DNA of 64,000 bases from Aquificaceae bacterium. Lineage in GTDB: Bacteria > Aquificota > Aquificia > Aquificales > Aquificaceae. How positions within the stretch are numbered: the first letter of the stretch is position 1; each line of letters starts with the position of its first letter. The stretch is taken from positions 1 through 64,000 of the forward strand of contig JAXSMZ010000003.1 in the NCBI GenBank assembly GCA_037924335.1, written 5' to 3'. Both the position numbers and the translations under genes were made by a program. The notes under the pieces were generated by a model, which saw only the letters and a list, made by a program, of their open reading frames with translations, searched no databases and was not told the origin of the DNA. Positions 19,319 through 28,354 of this stretch are shown in pieces.

Positions 19319-21534
19319 AGGGTGTACCTCAAAAGCTCTTCTTTTTTCATCCTGTAGGCTACTTCTCCCATGCTGAAAAGCCCAAAGGCAAGAAGTATCT
19401 TATCGTCTATCAAGAAGCCCTTACTGTTTCTTTCAATTATGTTCATAAGCCTCCTTACCTCTTCTTTTGCTTTGCTCTCACTTAGCTTTCTATCTTCCGT
19501 GAGTATGTACTCAAGAGCATCCTTTTCCATAAGGATGCTTAGAAGTTCCTTAGTCTTTGAGCCTAAAGGTGGTGCCTCTATTCCTTGACTTTGCATGAAC
19601 CTTTTTAGCAAGTTTGCCCTTATGTGTCCTATCCCCTTTATACCGCAAAGGGAGGAATAGCTTTTGTCTACACCATACTTTACAGAGTGCGCTATCTGGA
19701 GAATATCCATGGTGCTTAAGTTCCAGAGATTTAGCTTTTTTAGCTCTAAGAGCATTCTAACAAGGTGGAGAGCATCCGTAGCCAGGTAGGAGAACTCACC
19801 AGGTGGATTTTTTATATTTGGATACTTAAAGGTCAACCCTTCTACATAAAATATAAACTGGTCTGTGTTGTCCTCAAAACAGAGTTCTCCGCAAGGAACA
19901 AGCTTTTTAGTTACATGATACCTATCCTCCTCAAAGCTCTCCCCGCCATTTACAAAATCGTAAAGAGAATCGAACTTCTTCATATAAAGCAAAGGCCTTA
20001 TCACAACAAGATGGTCTAATCCAAGGGATAGCCTTCTTAAAAACTCTTCAAACTTCGTAGGGGGAATACCACTCCTTATGCAGTAAAGAGCCTTATCTGT
20101 TAGCTCATGGTCATTTAAGTATCCATGGTTTATGAGAAAGTTCATTGCTCTGTCTATCTCTTTACTGCTAACATCCGAATAAGAGTAAGTTTTTCTTATA
20201 AAGCCTTCGTAGTTCTTTTTCTCATAAAGCATACCTATGAGCAAAAAAAGACAAAGAGTGTCCAAGCTCTTTCCTTCTTTGACCATGCTTTTTAAAGAAG
20301 TGTCAAAGGTTTCTCTTATGCATCTTTCAAAGTTATCTTTATCACCTCCGTAGAGAAGAAGGTTAGAGTAACCCAAAGGCTTTATGCCCAACCTTCCTGC
20401 TCTTCCTTCCATCTGTAAAATATCTAAAGCATCTGGTAGCATCTTGACTTTCCCCCTTTCCCAGAACATTCGTACAAGCACCAAAACCCTATCTGCTGGA
20501 AGGTTGACACCGTAGGCAAGCGTTTGGGTAGCTATAAGCCTTCTGAGCTTTCCATCCCTGAAAGCCTTTTCTATCTCCTCCCTCTCTTCCTTTGGTACGT
20601 CTGCGTTGTGAAAGGCTATCTCTTTTTCTTCCCTCTCTTCCACTTCGAAGGGAAGCGTCTTGTTCATTATTCCTATCTTTTCTTCGTTTGCCAGCTCTAG
20701 CAACTTCCAGCCTACCTTCTTTGAAGGCACAAAAAGTATAACCTTCTCATCATGCTTTGGTATTTCAAACATACAGCTCAAGAGCTTTGCTGGTAGTGCG
20801 TATTCCCTTCCCCTCTTTCTGCCAACCTTGTCAAATTCCTTTAAGAGTTTTACATCTCTTATTAGCTCAGTTGGCCTCCACTCACTTTCTACTAAAAGCT
20901 GAACCTCGAGCCATTGGGCTATGCTGCTTGCATCTGGAAGCGTGGCAGAAAGGCCAAGGATGGGGATATCCCTCTTTAGGGCATAGGTTATTACCTCTTC
21001 AAGCACCCATCTTTTTGCTATCTGGTGCACTTCATCCACAACAAGGCAATGCATGTTCTCCACCCAGCTTGACCTGTTTCTGAAAGCGTAAGCCAGATTC
21101 TCGTATGTGCTGACAACAACATCTCCTGTTGGTTCCTTGTAATTCTCCAAAAGCCTATCCCCTGTTCTTACGTCCACATTTCTGTAATACTTCTTAAACT
21201 CTAATGCCTTTTCATAGACTAAAGACTTGGTTGGTGCTATATATACCTTCCTACCCTTTTTGTCCTTCATGAAGAGGTAAGCTATAAGGCTTTTACCCGC
21301 AGAAGTGGGAGCACAGACTAGGCTACTGCCTCCTTGGTAAGCGTAGAAAAAAAGACTTTGAAGTGGGTTCAAAAATGAGTATGGAATTTTCCCGTCTATC
21401 TCTGTTGCTGGTACAAGAGGAAGTTCCTTCGGTCTCAGCTCCGTGTCGTACCTGCACACTACCTTCCCAGATGGTGGGTTAAGGCGGTACTGACTTTCCT
21501 TCATAAGAAGCACAGACCTTACAGCTTTTCCCAT
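19309..21534 (-). CDS. Ski2/Hel308-like SF2 helicase
   Basis: APTSAGKS, DEVH, LSAT, WRP, FHNA, ATQTLAYGVNLPA, QMEGRAGR and a C-terminal HhH (GIKGIG). Confidence 0.85.
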   Translation of the reverse strand: MGKAVRSVLLMKESQYRLNPPSGKVVCRYDTELRPKELPLVPATEIDGKIPYSFLNPLQSLFFYAYQGGSSLVCAPTSAGKSLIAYLFMKDKKGRKVYIAPTKSLVYEKALEFKKYYRNVDVRTGDRLLENYKEPTGDVVVSTYENLAYAFRNRSSWVENMHCLVVDEVHQIAKRWVLEEVITYALKRDIPILGLSATLPDASSIAQWLEVQLLVESEWRPTELIRDVKLLKEFDKVGRKRGREYALPAKLLSCMFEIPKHDEKVILFVPSKKVGWKLLELANEEKIGIMNKTLPFEVEEREEKEIAFHNADVPKEEREEIEKAFRDGKLRRLIATQTLAYGVNLPADRVLVLVRMFWERGKVKMLPDALDILQMEGRAGRLGIKPLGYSNLLLYGGDKDNFERCIRETFDTSLKSMVKEGKSLDTLCLFLLIGMLYEKKNYEGFIRKTYSYSDVSSKEIDRAMNFLINHGYLNDHELTDKALYCIRSGIPPTKFEEFLRRLSLGLDHLVVIRPLLYMKKFDSLYDFVNGGESFEEDRYHVTKKLVPCGELCFEDNTDQFIFYVEGLTFKYPNIKNPPGEFSYLATDALHLVRMLLELKKLNLWNLSTMDILQIAHSVKYGVDKSYSSLCGIKGIGHIRANLLKRFMQSQGIEAPPLGSKTKELLSILMEKDALEYILTEDRKLSESKAKEEVRRLMNIIERNSKGFLIDDKILLAFGLFSMGEVAYRMKKEELLRYTLWS

Positions 21535-21839
21535 ATCCTTTCCAAGTTTTTGAGGTCTATATCGAACTTAAAGCTTAGCTCTGGAACAGACTTTACCCTT
21601 AGCCTTTTAATGAGCAATGCCTTTATGTAGTTCTTTGCAGACCTGAGTGCATCTTCCACTTCTTTTTCCCTACCCTCTGGAATGGTGGTAAAGTAAACCT
21701 TTGAGTTCTTCATATCTTCTGAGAGCTCAACTCTTGTGATCACAACCATGCCTATCCTTGGGTCTCTTACCTCATCTCTTAATATCTGAGATATCTCTTC
21801 CTTTAGAAGTTTGGCTAGCCTTTCCTTTCTTCTCATCAT
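21519..21839 (-). CDS. rbfA: Ribosome-binding factor A
   Basis: EVRDPRI...ITRVELSED...PELSFKFD. Confidence 0.95.
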   Translation of the reverse strand: MMRRKERLAKLLKEEISQILRDEVRDPRIGMVVITRVELSEDMKNSKVYFTTIPEGREKEVEDALRSAKNYIKALLIKRLRVKSVPELSFKFDIDLKNLERIWEKL

Positions 21840-21854
21840 AGGTCAACTATAAAG

Positions 21855-23153
21855 CTACTCCTCCCTTCCTTTTAGTACAAGCTTTAATGGGGAATGTTTT
21901 ATCCGCAGATGTTCTCTAAGTCTTCTCACAAAAAACTTCCTGTAGTTCTGTTTCCATCCCTCTGGCTCGTTGGTTATAACTACAAAGGTGGGCGGGCATG
22001 CAGACTCTTGAAAGGAATAATAAACTTTTATTTCCTTTCCCTCGTGTGCTGGTGGCTTTTTCTCTCGGATAACTCTATGTGCAGCTCTGTTTACAAAGGA
22101 CGTTTTGTGTATCTTTGTGTAGTCTGTGTACACCAAGAGTACATTGTCAAGAAGGTTTTCCAAGCCTTTTCTCTGCGTTGCAACTGTTAAGGCTATGGGT
22201 GCGTAATCAAGAAAATAAAGGCTTGACTTTATATAGTTCTCTGCATCCTTCTCCTTTAAGCTTACAAGGTCAAACTTGTTGCCAACTATCACACAACCTT
22301 TGTACCTTCTCTCTATGAGCCCAGCTATCTTCTTATCTTGGTCTGTTATGCCTTCTGAAAGGTCCAAGACAAGGCATACCACGTCTGACATATCTATGGC
22401 TTTTATGGACCTTCCCACTGAAAAAAACTCTACCCCGTAATCCACTTTTGTCCTTCTTCTGATGCCAGCCGTGTCTATGAGGACAAGGCTTCTGTTCTTG
22501 TACATAAAGGGTATCTCTACAGCGTCCCTAGTTGTGCCTGCAACTGGAGAGACCAAAACCCTCTCCTCGTTGAGAAGTGCATTGATGAGAGAGGACTTTC
22601 CTACGTTTACCCTTCCTACAAAGGATACCTTTATGCCAGAGTAGTCAAGCCTTGCCAACTTTTCTTCAAGGAGAGGGTAGATGGCATCCAAAAGCTCACC
22701 TATGTTTCTTCCGTGTTGCGAAGACACGGGAAATACCCTTTCAAAACTTAGAGCAAAGAACTCGTACACGTTTTTCTCAAGTCTTTCGTTGTCTATCTTG
22801 TTAACAACCAAAAAGACTTTCTCTTTGTGTGGGTAAAGAAGCTTGGCAATATACTCATCTGTTGCCGTTAGTCCTTCCCTTCCATCAACTACAAAAAGCA
22901 CAATTTGAGCCTTTGATATTGCATCCTGAACTTTTCCCTTAACCCTCTCCCATATATCCTCTTTTGTCTCCCATATTCCGCCGCTGTCAACTAGTATAAA
23001 GCTTTTTCCTTTCCAGCTTGCCTCTGCCTCTAAAAGGTCCCTCGTCACGCCTGGAAGGTCATGGACTATGCTTTTTCTTCTTCCCAGTATTCTGTTAAAA
23101 AGAGTAGATTTTCCTACGTTTGGCCTTCCAAGGATCAGAACTCTGTTGCTCAT
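21855..23153 (-). CDS. der: Ribosome biogenesis GTPase Der
   Basis: Tandem GTPase domains: GRPNVGKS/PGVTRD and GRVNVGKS/AGTTRD/DTAG. Confidence 0.97.
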   Translation of the reverse strand: MSNRVLILGRPNVGKSTLFNRILGRRKSIVHDLPGVTRDLLEAEASWKGKSFILVDSGGIWETKEDIWERVKGKVQDAISKAQIVLFVVDGREGLTATDEYIAKLLYPHKEKVFLVVNKIDNERLEKNVYEFFALSFERVFPVSSQHGRNIGELLDAIYPLLEEKLARLDYSGIKVSFVGRVNVGKSSLINALLNEERVLVSPVAGTTRDAVEIPFMYKNRSLVLIDTAGIRRRTKVDYGVEFFSVGRSIKAIDMSDVVCLVLDLSEGITDQDKKIAGLIERRYKGCVIVGNKFDLVSLKEKDAENYIKSSLYFLDYAPIALTVATQRKGLENLLDNVLLVYTDYTKIHKTSFVNRAAHRVIREKKPPAHEGKEIKVYYSFQESACPPTFVVITNEPEGWKQNYRKFFVRRLREHLRIKHSPLKLVLKGREE

Positions 23154-23181
23154 AGACAGTTAAGCATTATAATATAAGAGC

Positions 23182-23520
23182 ATGAAAGTGTCCGAGTATA
23201 TAGAGCGGATGGGGCTTAAAAATTTAGTGGAGCAAGCTCCTTCAGGTTATGAAGAGTTGGGAAGTTGCCAGCGTGGTTGTCATTCTGTAACTTTTTATGT
23301 CAAGATGGATAAAGATAAAGTATCAGATGTTAAGGCAAAAGTAAGCAAGAGGTGTAAAAAGCTCATGGCTTTGGCTGACTGTGTGGCATGGCTTATGAAG
23401 GAAAGGGGTTTAAGGGTTGATGAGGAGGAGGTCATGAATTTTTTCAAAGAGGAAAAGGAAGTTGATAAGATGAAGGAAAGGTTAAATATGATTAAAGAGG
23501 CCTTGGCTCTTCCCTCTTAG
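23182..23520 (+). CDS. Small IscU/NifU_N-fold-like protein
   Basis: GSCQRGCHSVTFYVKM...VSDVKAK...RC resembles the U-type scaffold core. Similarity is weak. Confidence 0.45.
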   Translation: MKVSEYIERMGLKNLVEQAPSGYEELGSCQRGCHSVTFYVKMDKDKVSDVKAKVSKRCKKLMALADCVAWLMKERGLRVDEEEVMNFFKEEKEVDKMKERLNMIKEALALPS

Positions 23521-24690
23521 TTTGAAGTAAAGCATCCCACCCATTAGCACATTATAGAGAAGAAGCAAAAAGGAAGCTATGTGTATAAAAGAAGCTACCG
23601 CATAACCGAGCTTGAACAAAAAAGAGAGTCCCACAGCAAACACCCATAAAGCATGAAGGTAAAAGCTCATCCTTATCCTCTTGCTCGGTATAACATCGGA
23701 CATAAGGGGTACATCCTTTACGAGCTCATTGCTAAGATGAAACCATACCAAAAAGGGCACAATTCTGTACATCATCCCCATTATCATGCTTGAGAAGAAA
23801 ACAAACTGAGAGAACAAGAATGGATAAAAAGCAAATTCTAAAAAAGGAAACAGGAGCAACGATACCATAAGGAAAGCCATAGAAAGGTACCAAAAGTAAA
23901 GAGTGTAATCTGGGTTCTTTCTTCTCCTTTTTAAAAGCCTCTTTATGGTCATAAGGGAGTAAGACAAGAAGATAAAAGAAAGCGGAAGGACAAAAAGCCC
24001 ATCCAATAGGGACAGAAGTATGCCAGCGCTTACCAAAAGGGGGAAGCTCATAGAAAATTTTCTTTTGTAAGCTTCTGTAACAAAGAACATCTCAACTACT
24101 TGAAAGGACACGCTGGCTATAAGCAGTCCTATCCACCCAAAGAGAAGCAAGGTGAAGTGTATGCGGATAGCTTTTTCAAAGTATGGGACAAGTCCACCGT
24201 AGGACAGTACTGTATAAAGTCCCAAGCTAGCTCCAAGCATCAAAAAAATTAGGGAGAACCTAAAACCCTTAGGCGTTGGGGTATAAACCCTTATCTTCAT
24301 AAGATGAAAGAGTGCAAGCAGAGAAGTGTATAGTATTCCCGCATAAGTTATGAGCGCACCTGGTATTAGCAACACACCCTTTGAGAATCCAAAGGTCAGT
24401 AAAGGAACTCCAAGGATGAGTAGGGCGTAAGAGAGGAGGGCTTTCGGTTTTGGGTTTTTTATGACTGCACCGGCCACAACTGGCAGCATCTGAAAGAGAG
24501 CTCCAAACATACTAAAGAGAGCAAAGCCAAGAGTGTATAGGTGGACCAATATGGGAAGGTTCAGAGCTACATTCAAAGAGAAGTAAAGCTCAAGGAAGGA
24601 AGCTACAGTGCCAAAAACTATAGCTGTTAAGAAAAACCCAAAAACTATTATGAAAGGGGGTGCCTGAAGAAGGGACAAACCAGGGCTCAT
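23482..24690 (-). CDS. Multi-pass membrane protein (~12 TM, internal duplication)
   Basis: Repeated H...LG.....G...Q..P motifs (HLYTLGF/FQMLPV; HFTLLLFGW/FQVVEMF); coupled to the hemerythrin gene. Confidence 0.7.
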   Translation of the reverse strand: MSPGLSLLQAPPFIIVFGFFLTAIVFGTVASFLELYFSLNVALNLPILVHLYTLGFALFSMFGALFQMLPVVAGAVIKNPKPKALLSYALLILGVPLLTFGFSKGVLLIPGALITYAGILYTSLLALFHLMKIRVYTPTPKGFRFSLIFLMLGASLGLYTVLSYGGLVPYFEKAIRIHFTLLLFGWIGLLIASVSFQVVEMFFVTEAYKRKFSMSFPLLVSAGILLSLLDGLFVLPLSFIFLSYSLMTIKRLLKRRRKNPDYTLYFWYLSMAFLMVSLLLFPFLEFAFYPFLFSQFVFFSSMIMGMMYRIVPFLVWFHLSNELVKDVPLMSDVIPSKRIRMSFYLHALWVFAVGLSFLFKLGYAVASFIHIASFLLLLYNVLMGGMLYFKLRGKSQGLFNHI

Positions 24691-25115
24691 AAGCTTTCCA
24701 TCTTTTCCACAACCTTTGAACTGTTCAGATGTTGGTCACACATGGGGTAAAGTATCTGCTCCTCTTTCATGTTATGCTGCTGAATGAGGATCATAAGGGT
24801 ATCACCTACGGACAGAAAACCTTCTTTGCTCCTTTTTTCCAAGGAAAACTTCATTCTTTCCAGAAGTTCCCTTGCTTGAGAGTGCTCCATCCTCATAACC
24901 TGCGTAGGCCCCATGGTAATACCCGTAGTTTTTTCAAACTCTGGAAACAGCACCTCTTCCTCCTTTTTAAAGTGAGCTAAAGTTTCTTCTTGGAAGGACC
25001 TAAAAACATCTTGGGCTTTCTCCCATTCATCCTTCTGAACGTGCTTTTCCAGCTCAGCGTACAGGGCATCGCATTGCCTGTGCTCCTCTGTCAAATAGTC
25101 CCTTATGCTTTTCAT
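24687..25115 (-). CDS. Hemerythrin-domain protein
   Basis: H...HFKKEE..LFP...MEH...HNMKEE.ILYP di-iron motif. Confidence 0.88.
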   Translation of the reverse strand: MKSIRDYLTEEHRQCDALYAELEKHVQKDEWEKAQDVFRSFQEETLAHFKKEEEVLFPEFEKTTGITMGPTQVMRMEHSQARELLERMKFSLEKRSKEGFLSVGDTLMILIQQHNMKEEQILYPMCDQHLNSSKVVEKMESL

Positions 25116-25147
25116 AAGCTTCTGCCTCCTCACATGTTTTAAGTATA

Positions 25148-25176
25148 TATATACTTACTTTTATGGAAGTTGTCAA
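25148..25176 (-). promoter_or_regulatory. Putative sigma70 promoter for the hemerythrin operon
   Basis: TTGACA-N17-TATATA on the minus strand. Confidence 0.5.
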
Positions 25177-25254
25177 CTGAACGTCATAGGCTATTTTTGA
25201 AACACCCCAAATTAAACTTACCGAAGGGTTTATAATATACAAAGGAGGTTTGTA

Positions 25255-25584
25255 GTGATTGATGGCTTTGAGGAGATAACAGACCAGGATGTTTACGATA
25301 AAGCTATAGCAGGAGATAAGCCTGCAGTTTTGCTCATGACCTATGAAGGTAATAGGCTGAACAAGGCTTTTTTAACTCTCTTGCTCAAGTTTCAAAAGCT
25401 TTACGGTGATAGGGTAAGCTTTTATTACTTGGATGCTTCAAAGAACACCAGTGCCGAAGACCTTGGAGTTTTCACGTTCCCAACTGTACTTTACTTTAGG
25501 GATACCATGGAGCTAGAGAGACACGACTATTTACCATCTGAGGAGGAAGTGGAGAAAGCAATAAGGAGGCTTTTGAGAGAGTGA
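25255..25584 (+). CDS. Thioredoxin-fold protein without CxxC
   Basis: Trx pattern (KPAVL...LGVFTFPTVLYF) but the protein has no Cys; GGAGG SD. Confidence 0.7.
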   Translation: MIDGFEEITDQDVYDKAIAGDKPAVLLMTYEGNRLNKAFLTLLLKFQKLYGDRVSFYYLDASKNTSAEDLGVFTFPTVLYFRDTMELERHDYLPSEEEVEKAIRRLLRE

Positions 25585-26084
25585 AGATACTTTGGGCACC
25601 CTGGAGGTCTGCATACGTAGAGAGTGTAGGGCGTATAAGTGAATGCTTTCTCTGTGATGCTGTCAATAAGCCAGAGGATAAATTAAGAGATTTCCTAGTT
25701 CTTTACAGAGGGAAAAGGTCTTTTGTTATATTCAACAAGTATCCTTACAACGCTGGGCATCTGATGGTTTCTCCTGTTGAGCATATTGGAAGCTTTCTGT
25801 CCTTAGATGATGAGACTGCTTTGGAGATACACAAGTTGACGAAGGCATGTATAGAGGCTCTTAGCGTATGCTTGAAGCCTCACGGGTTTAATGTGGGTTA
25901 TAACTTGGGAAGGCCTGGAGGGGCTGGCTTTGAAGAGCACATACATCTTCATATTGTACCCAGATGGGTAGGCGATACAAACTTCATGCCAGTCATATCC
26001 AACACAAAGGTCGTATCCCAAGACCTCTATGAGCTTTACGATAGGATAAAACCTGTCTTTGATGGTATTGTAAATGCTACTTGA
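25581..26084 (+). CDS. HIT-family nucleotide hydrolase
   Basis: LWAPWR, NKYPYNAGH, HIHLHIVPRW. Confidence 0.93.
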   Translation: MKILWAPWRSAYVESVGRISECFLCDAVNKPEDKLRDFLVLYRGKRSFVIFNKYPYNAGHLMVSPVEHIGSFLSLDDETALEIHKLTKACIEALSVCLKPHGFNVGYNLGRPGGAGFEEHIHLHIVPRWVGDTNFMPVISNTKVVSQDLYELYDRIKPVFDGIVNAT

Positions 26085-26820
26085 AGTTGACCATCTTAAC
26101 CTTTGGTATGAAAACAAGCACGTTTTGAGGGATGTTAGTTTTTATGTAAAGAATGGGGAAGTTCTGTGCATTGTGGGAGAATCTGGCTCTGGAAAGTCCT
26201 CCATCCTTAATGCAATAATGGGTCTACTTCCGAAGAAGGCAAGGATATCTGGAAGTATAAAGTTCAAGGGTAAAGAGCTCGTTGGGCTAAGAGAAAAAGA
26301 TTACAGAGATATAAGGGGAAGGTACATATCTATGGTTTTTCAAGAGCCATCCTCTTACCTTGACCCACTTTTCAAAGTGGGACTGCAGGTAGAAGAAACC
26401 TACGTGGCACATTTTGGAAAGAAAGGGGCTAAGGAGAGGGCTATAAAGGCTTTAAAGGAAGCAGGCATTCAGGATGCTCAGAAGGTTTACTCCTTATATC
26501 CCCATCATCTATCTGGCGGACTAAAGCAGAGGGTATGCATAGCCATAGCTACAGTTTGCGACCCTGACCTTATACTTGCTGATGAACCGACAACAGCCCT
26601 TGATGTTTCTGTACAAAATAAGATACTTAGCCTTTTTGGGAGTTTGAGAGACAAAGGTAAGGCTATAGTGCTTGTGACTCATGACTTTGGCGTTGTTGCA
26701 GAAGTGGCAGATAGAGTTATAGTTTTGAAGGATGGAGAGATTTTGGAAGAAAAGGATGTTTTCAGCATATTTGACAATCCAGAACATCCTTACACTGTAG
26801 AGCTTCTGAGGGCTTTGTGA
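26074..26820 (+). CDS. Oligopeptide/nickel-type ABC transporter ATP-binding subunit
   Basis: GESGSGKS, YPHHLSGG, ADEPTTALD, HPYT. Confidence 0.9.
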   Translation: MLLEVDHLNLWYENKHVLRDVSFYVKNGEVLCIVGESGSGKSSILNAIMGLLPKKARISGSIKFKGKELVGLREKDYRDIRGRYISMVFQEPSSYLDPLFKVGLQVEETYVAHFGKKGAKERAIKALKEAGIQDAQKVYSLYPHHLSGGLKQRVCIAIATVCDPDLILADEPTTALDVSVQNKILSLFGSLRDKGKAIVLVTHDFGVVAEVADRVIVLKDGEILEEKDVFSIFDNPEHPYTVELLRAL

Positions 26821-26824
26821 AGAT

Positions 26825-27382
26825 ATGCCTTACTTTCCTGCCTTCTTGGACCTAAAGGGTAAAAGCCTATTGGTAGTTGGTGGTGGACCTGTGGCCGAAA
26901 GGAAGGTAAAGAAGCTACTTGACTTCGAGCCAAACATTAAGGTTATAGCTCCTAAGGTAACGACTGGGATAAGGGATCTCTCTAAAAAGGGAAGGATAAA
27001 ACTGGTGCTTAGGAAGGTAAGACTATCAGATATAAAGGGAGCTTTTGCTGTAATAGTTGCCGTCGATAACCTTCAGCTTCAGAAAAGGATTTACAAGCAG
27101 TGTAAAAAGAGGGGAATACTCTGCAACTCAGTTGATAGCATAGAGTACTGCTCTTTTATATTTCCTGCTCTCATAGTAAAGGGAGATGTTGTTATAGGCA
27201 TATCCACATCGGGACAAGTTCCAGCACTTTCTAGGGCTATAAGGGAGTATTTAGAGAAGGTTTTACCGCAGGGTATTGAGGAAGTAGAACGTAGGCTGGA
27301 AGAGATTAGGAAAAGCTTACCCAAAGGAGAAAAAAGACAGAAGACGGTCACAGAGCTTGCTTTGAAACTTCTTAAATTATAA
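26825..27382 (+). CDS. Precorrin-2 dehydrogenase/sirohydrochlorin ferrochelatase (CysG N-terminal/SirC type)
   Basis: VVGGGPVAERK, CSFIFPA, ISTSG..PALSR. Confidence 0.88.
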   Translation: MPYFPAFLDLKGKSLLVVGGGPVAERKVKKLLDFEPNIKVIAPKVTTGIRDLSKKGRIKLVLRKVRLSDIKGAFAVIVAVDNLQLQKRIYKQCKKRGILCNSVDSIEYCSFIFPALIVKGDVVIGISTSGQVPALSRAIREYLEKVLPQGIEEVERRLEEIRKSLPKGEKRQKTVTELALKLLKL

Positions 27383-27391
27383 TGTTTTCCA

Positions 27392-28342
27392 ATGTGGGTC
27401 CTTGGTGAGCACGATGAACCTTACAGAAAGCTAAGAAACTCTGTGCTCAACCTTATAGGAAACACCCCTGTCGTTAGAATAAAAAAGGTTATACCAAAAG
27501 ATTTATCTCCAAAGGTGGAGATTTACGCAAAGATGGAGAGTTTTAACCCTGGCGGTTCTGTAAAAGACAGACCAGCCCTTAGCATGTTCCTTTCTGCCAT
27601 AAAGGATGGAATTATAAAGGAGGGGAAGGTTGTGATAGATGCCACTTCTGGAAATACAGGTATAGCTCTTGCAATGGTTGGAGCCTCTCTTGGTGTACCT
27701 GTGGAGCTTGCTATGCCGGCAAACGTGAGCGAGGAAAGGAAGAAGATCATAAAGTCTTTTGGTGCCAAAGTGCACCTGACTGACCCTTTGGAAGGTACGG
27801 ATGGAGCTATACTCTTTGTCAGGGAAAAGGTAAAGATAGAGCCAGATAAGTATGTTTACCTTGACCAGTATAACAACCCTGCCAACTGGAAAGCGCACTT
27901 TTATTCCACAGGGGTAGAGATATGGAATCAAACGGCTGGAAGGATAACTCACTTTGTAGCTGGCATAGGAACTGGTGGAACTGTGATGGGAACAGGGAGG
28001 AGATTAAAGGTTTACAACCCGGATGTTCAGGTTATAGGCGTCCAACCAGCCTATCCTTTCCACGGCATTGAGGGACTAAAGCATATAGAAAGTTCCATAA
28101 AACCAGGCATATTCGATGAGACTTTCCTCGACAGGACCATCTTTGTGGAGACGGAGGATGCCTACAGTATGACAAAAAGGTTAGCGTTGGAGGAGGCTCT
28201 TTTTGTAGGACAATCTTCTGGTGCTGCGCTCTTTGCTGCCATTCAAGTGGCAAGAGAGATAGAAGAGGGCATTATCGTGGTTGTCTTCCCAGATGGGGGA
28301 GAAAAGTACCTTTCAACGGCCCCATTTAGAGAAATGATATAA
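27392..28342 (+). CDS. cysM: PLP-dependent cysteine synthase
   Basis: IGNTP, NPGGSVKDR, ATSGNTG, GTGGT, SSGA. Confidence 0.85.
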   Translation: MWVLGEHDEPYRKLRNSVLNLIGNTPVVRIKKVIPKDLSPKVEIYAKMESFNPGGSVKDRPALSMFLSAIKDGIIKEGKVVIDATSGNTGIALAMVGASLGVPVELAMPANVSEERKKIIKSFGAKVHLTDPLEGTDGAILFVREKVKIEPDKYVYLDQYNNPANWKAHFYSTGVEIWNQTAGRITHFVAGIGTGGTVMGTGRRLKVYNPDVQVIGVQPAYPFHGIEGLKHIESSIKPGIFDETFLDRTIFVETEDAYSMTKRLALEEALFVGQSSGAALFAAIQVAREIEEGIIVVVFPDGGEKYLSTAPFREMI

Positions 28343-28354
28343 TAATATAGTAAA

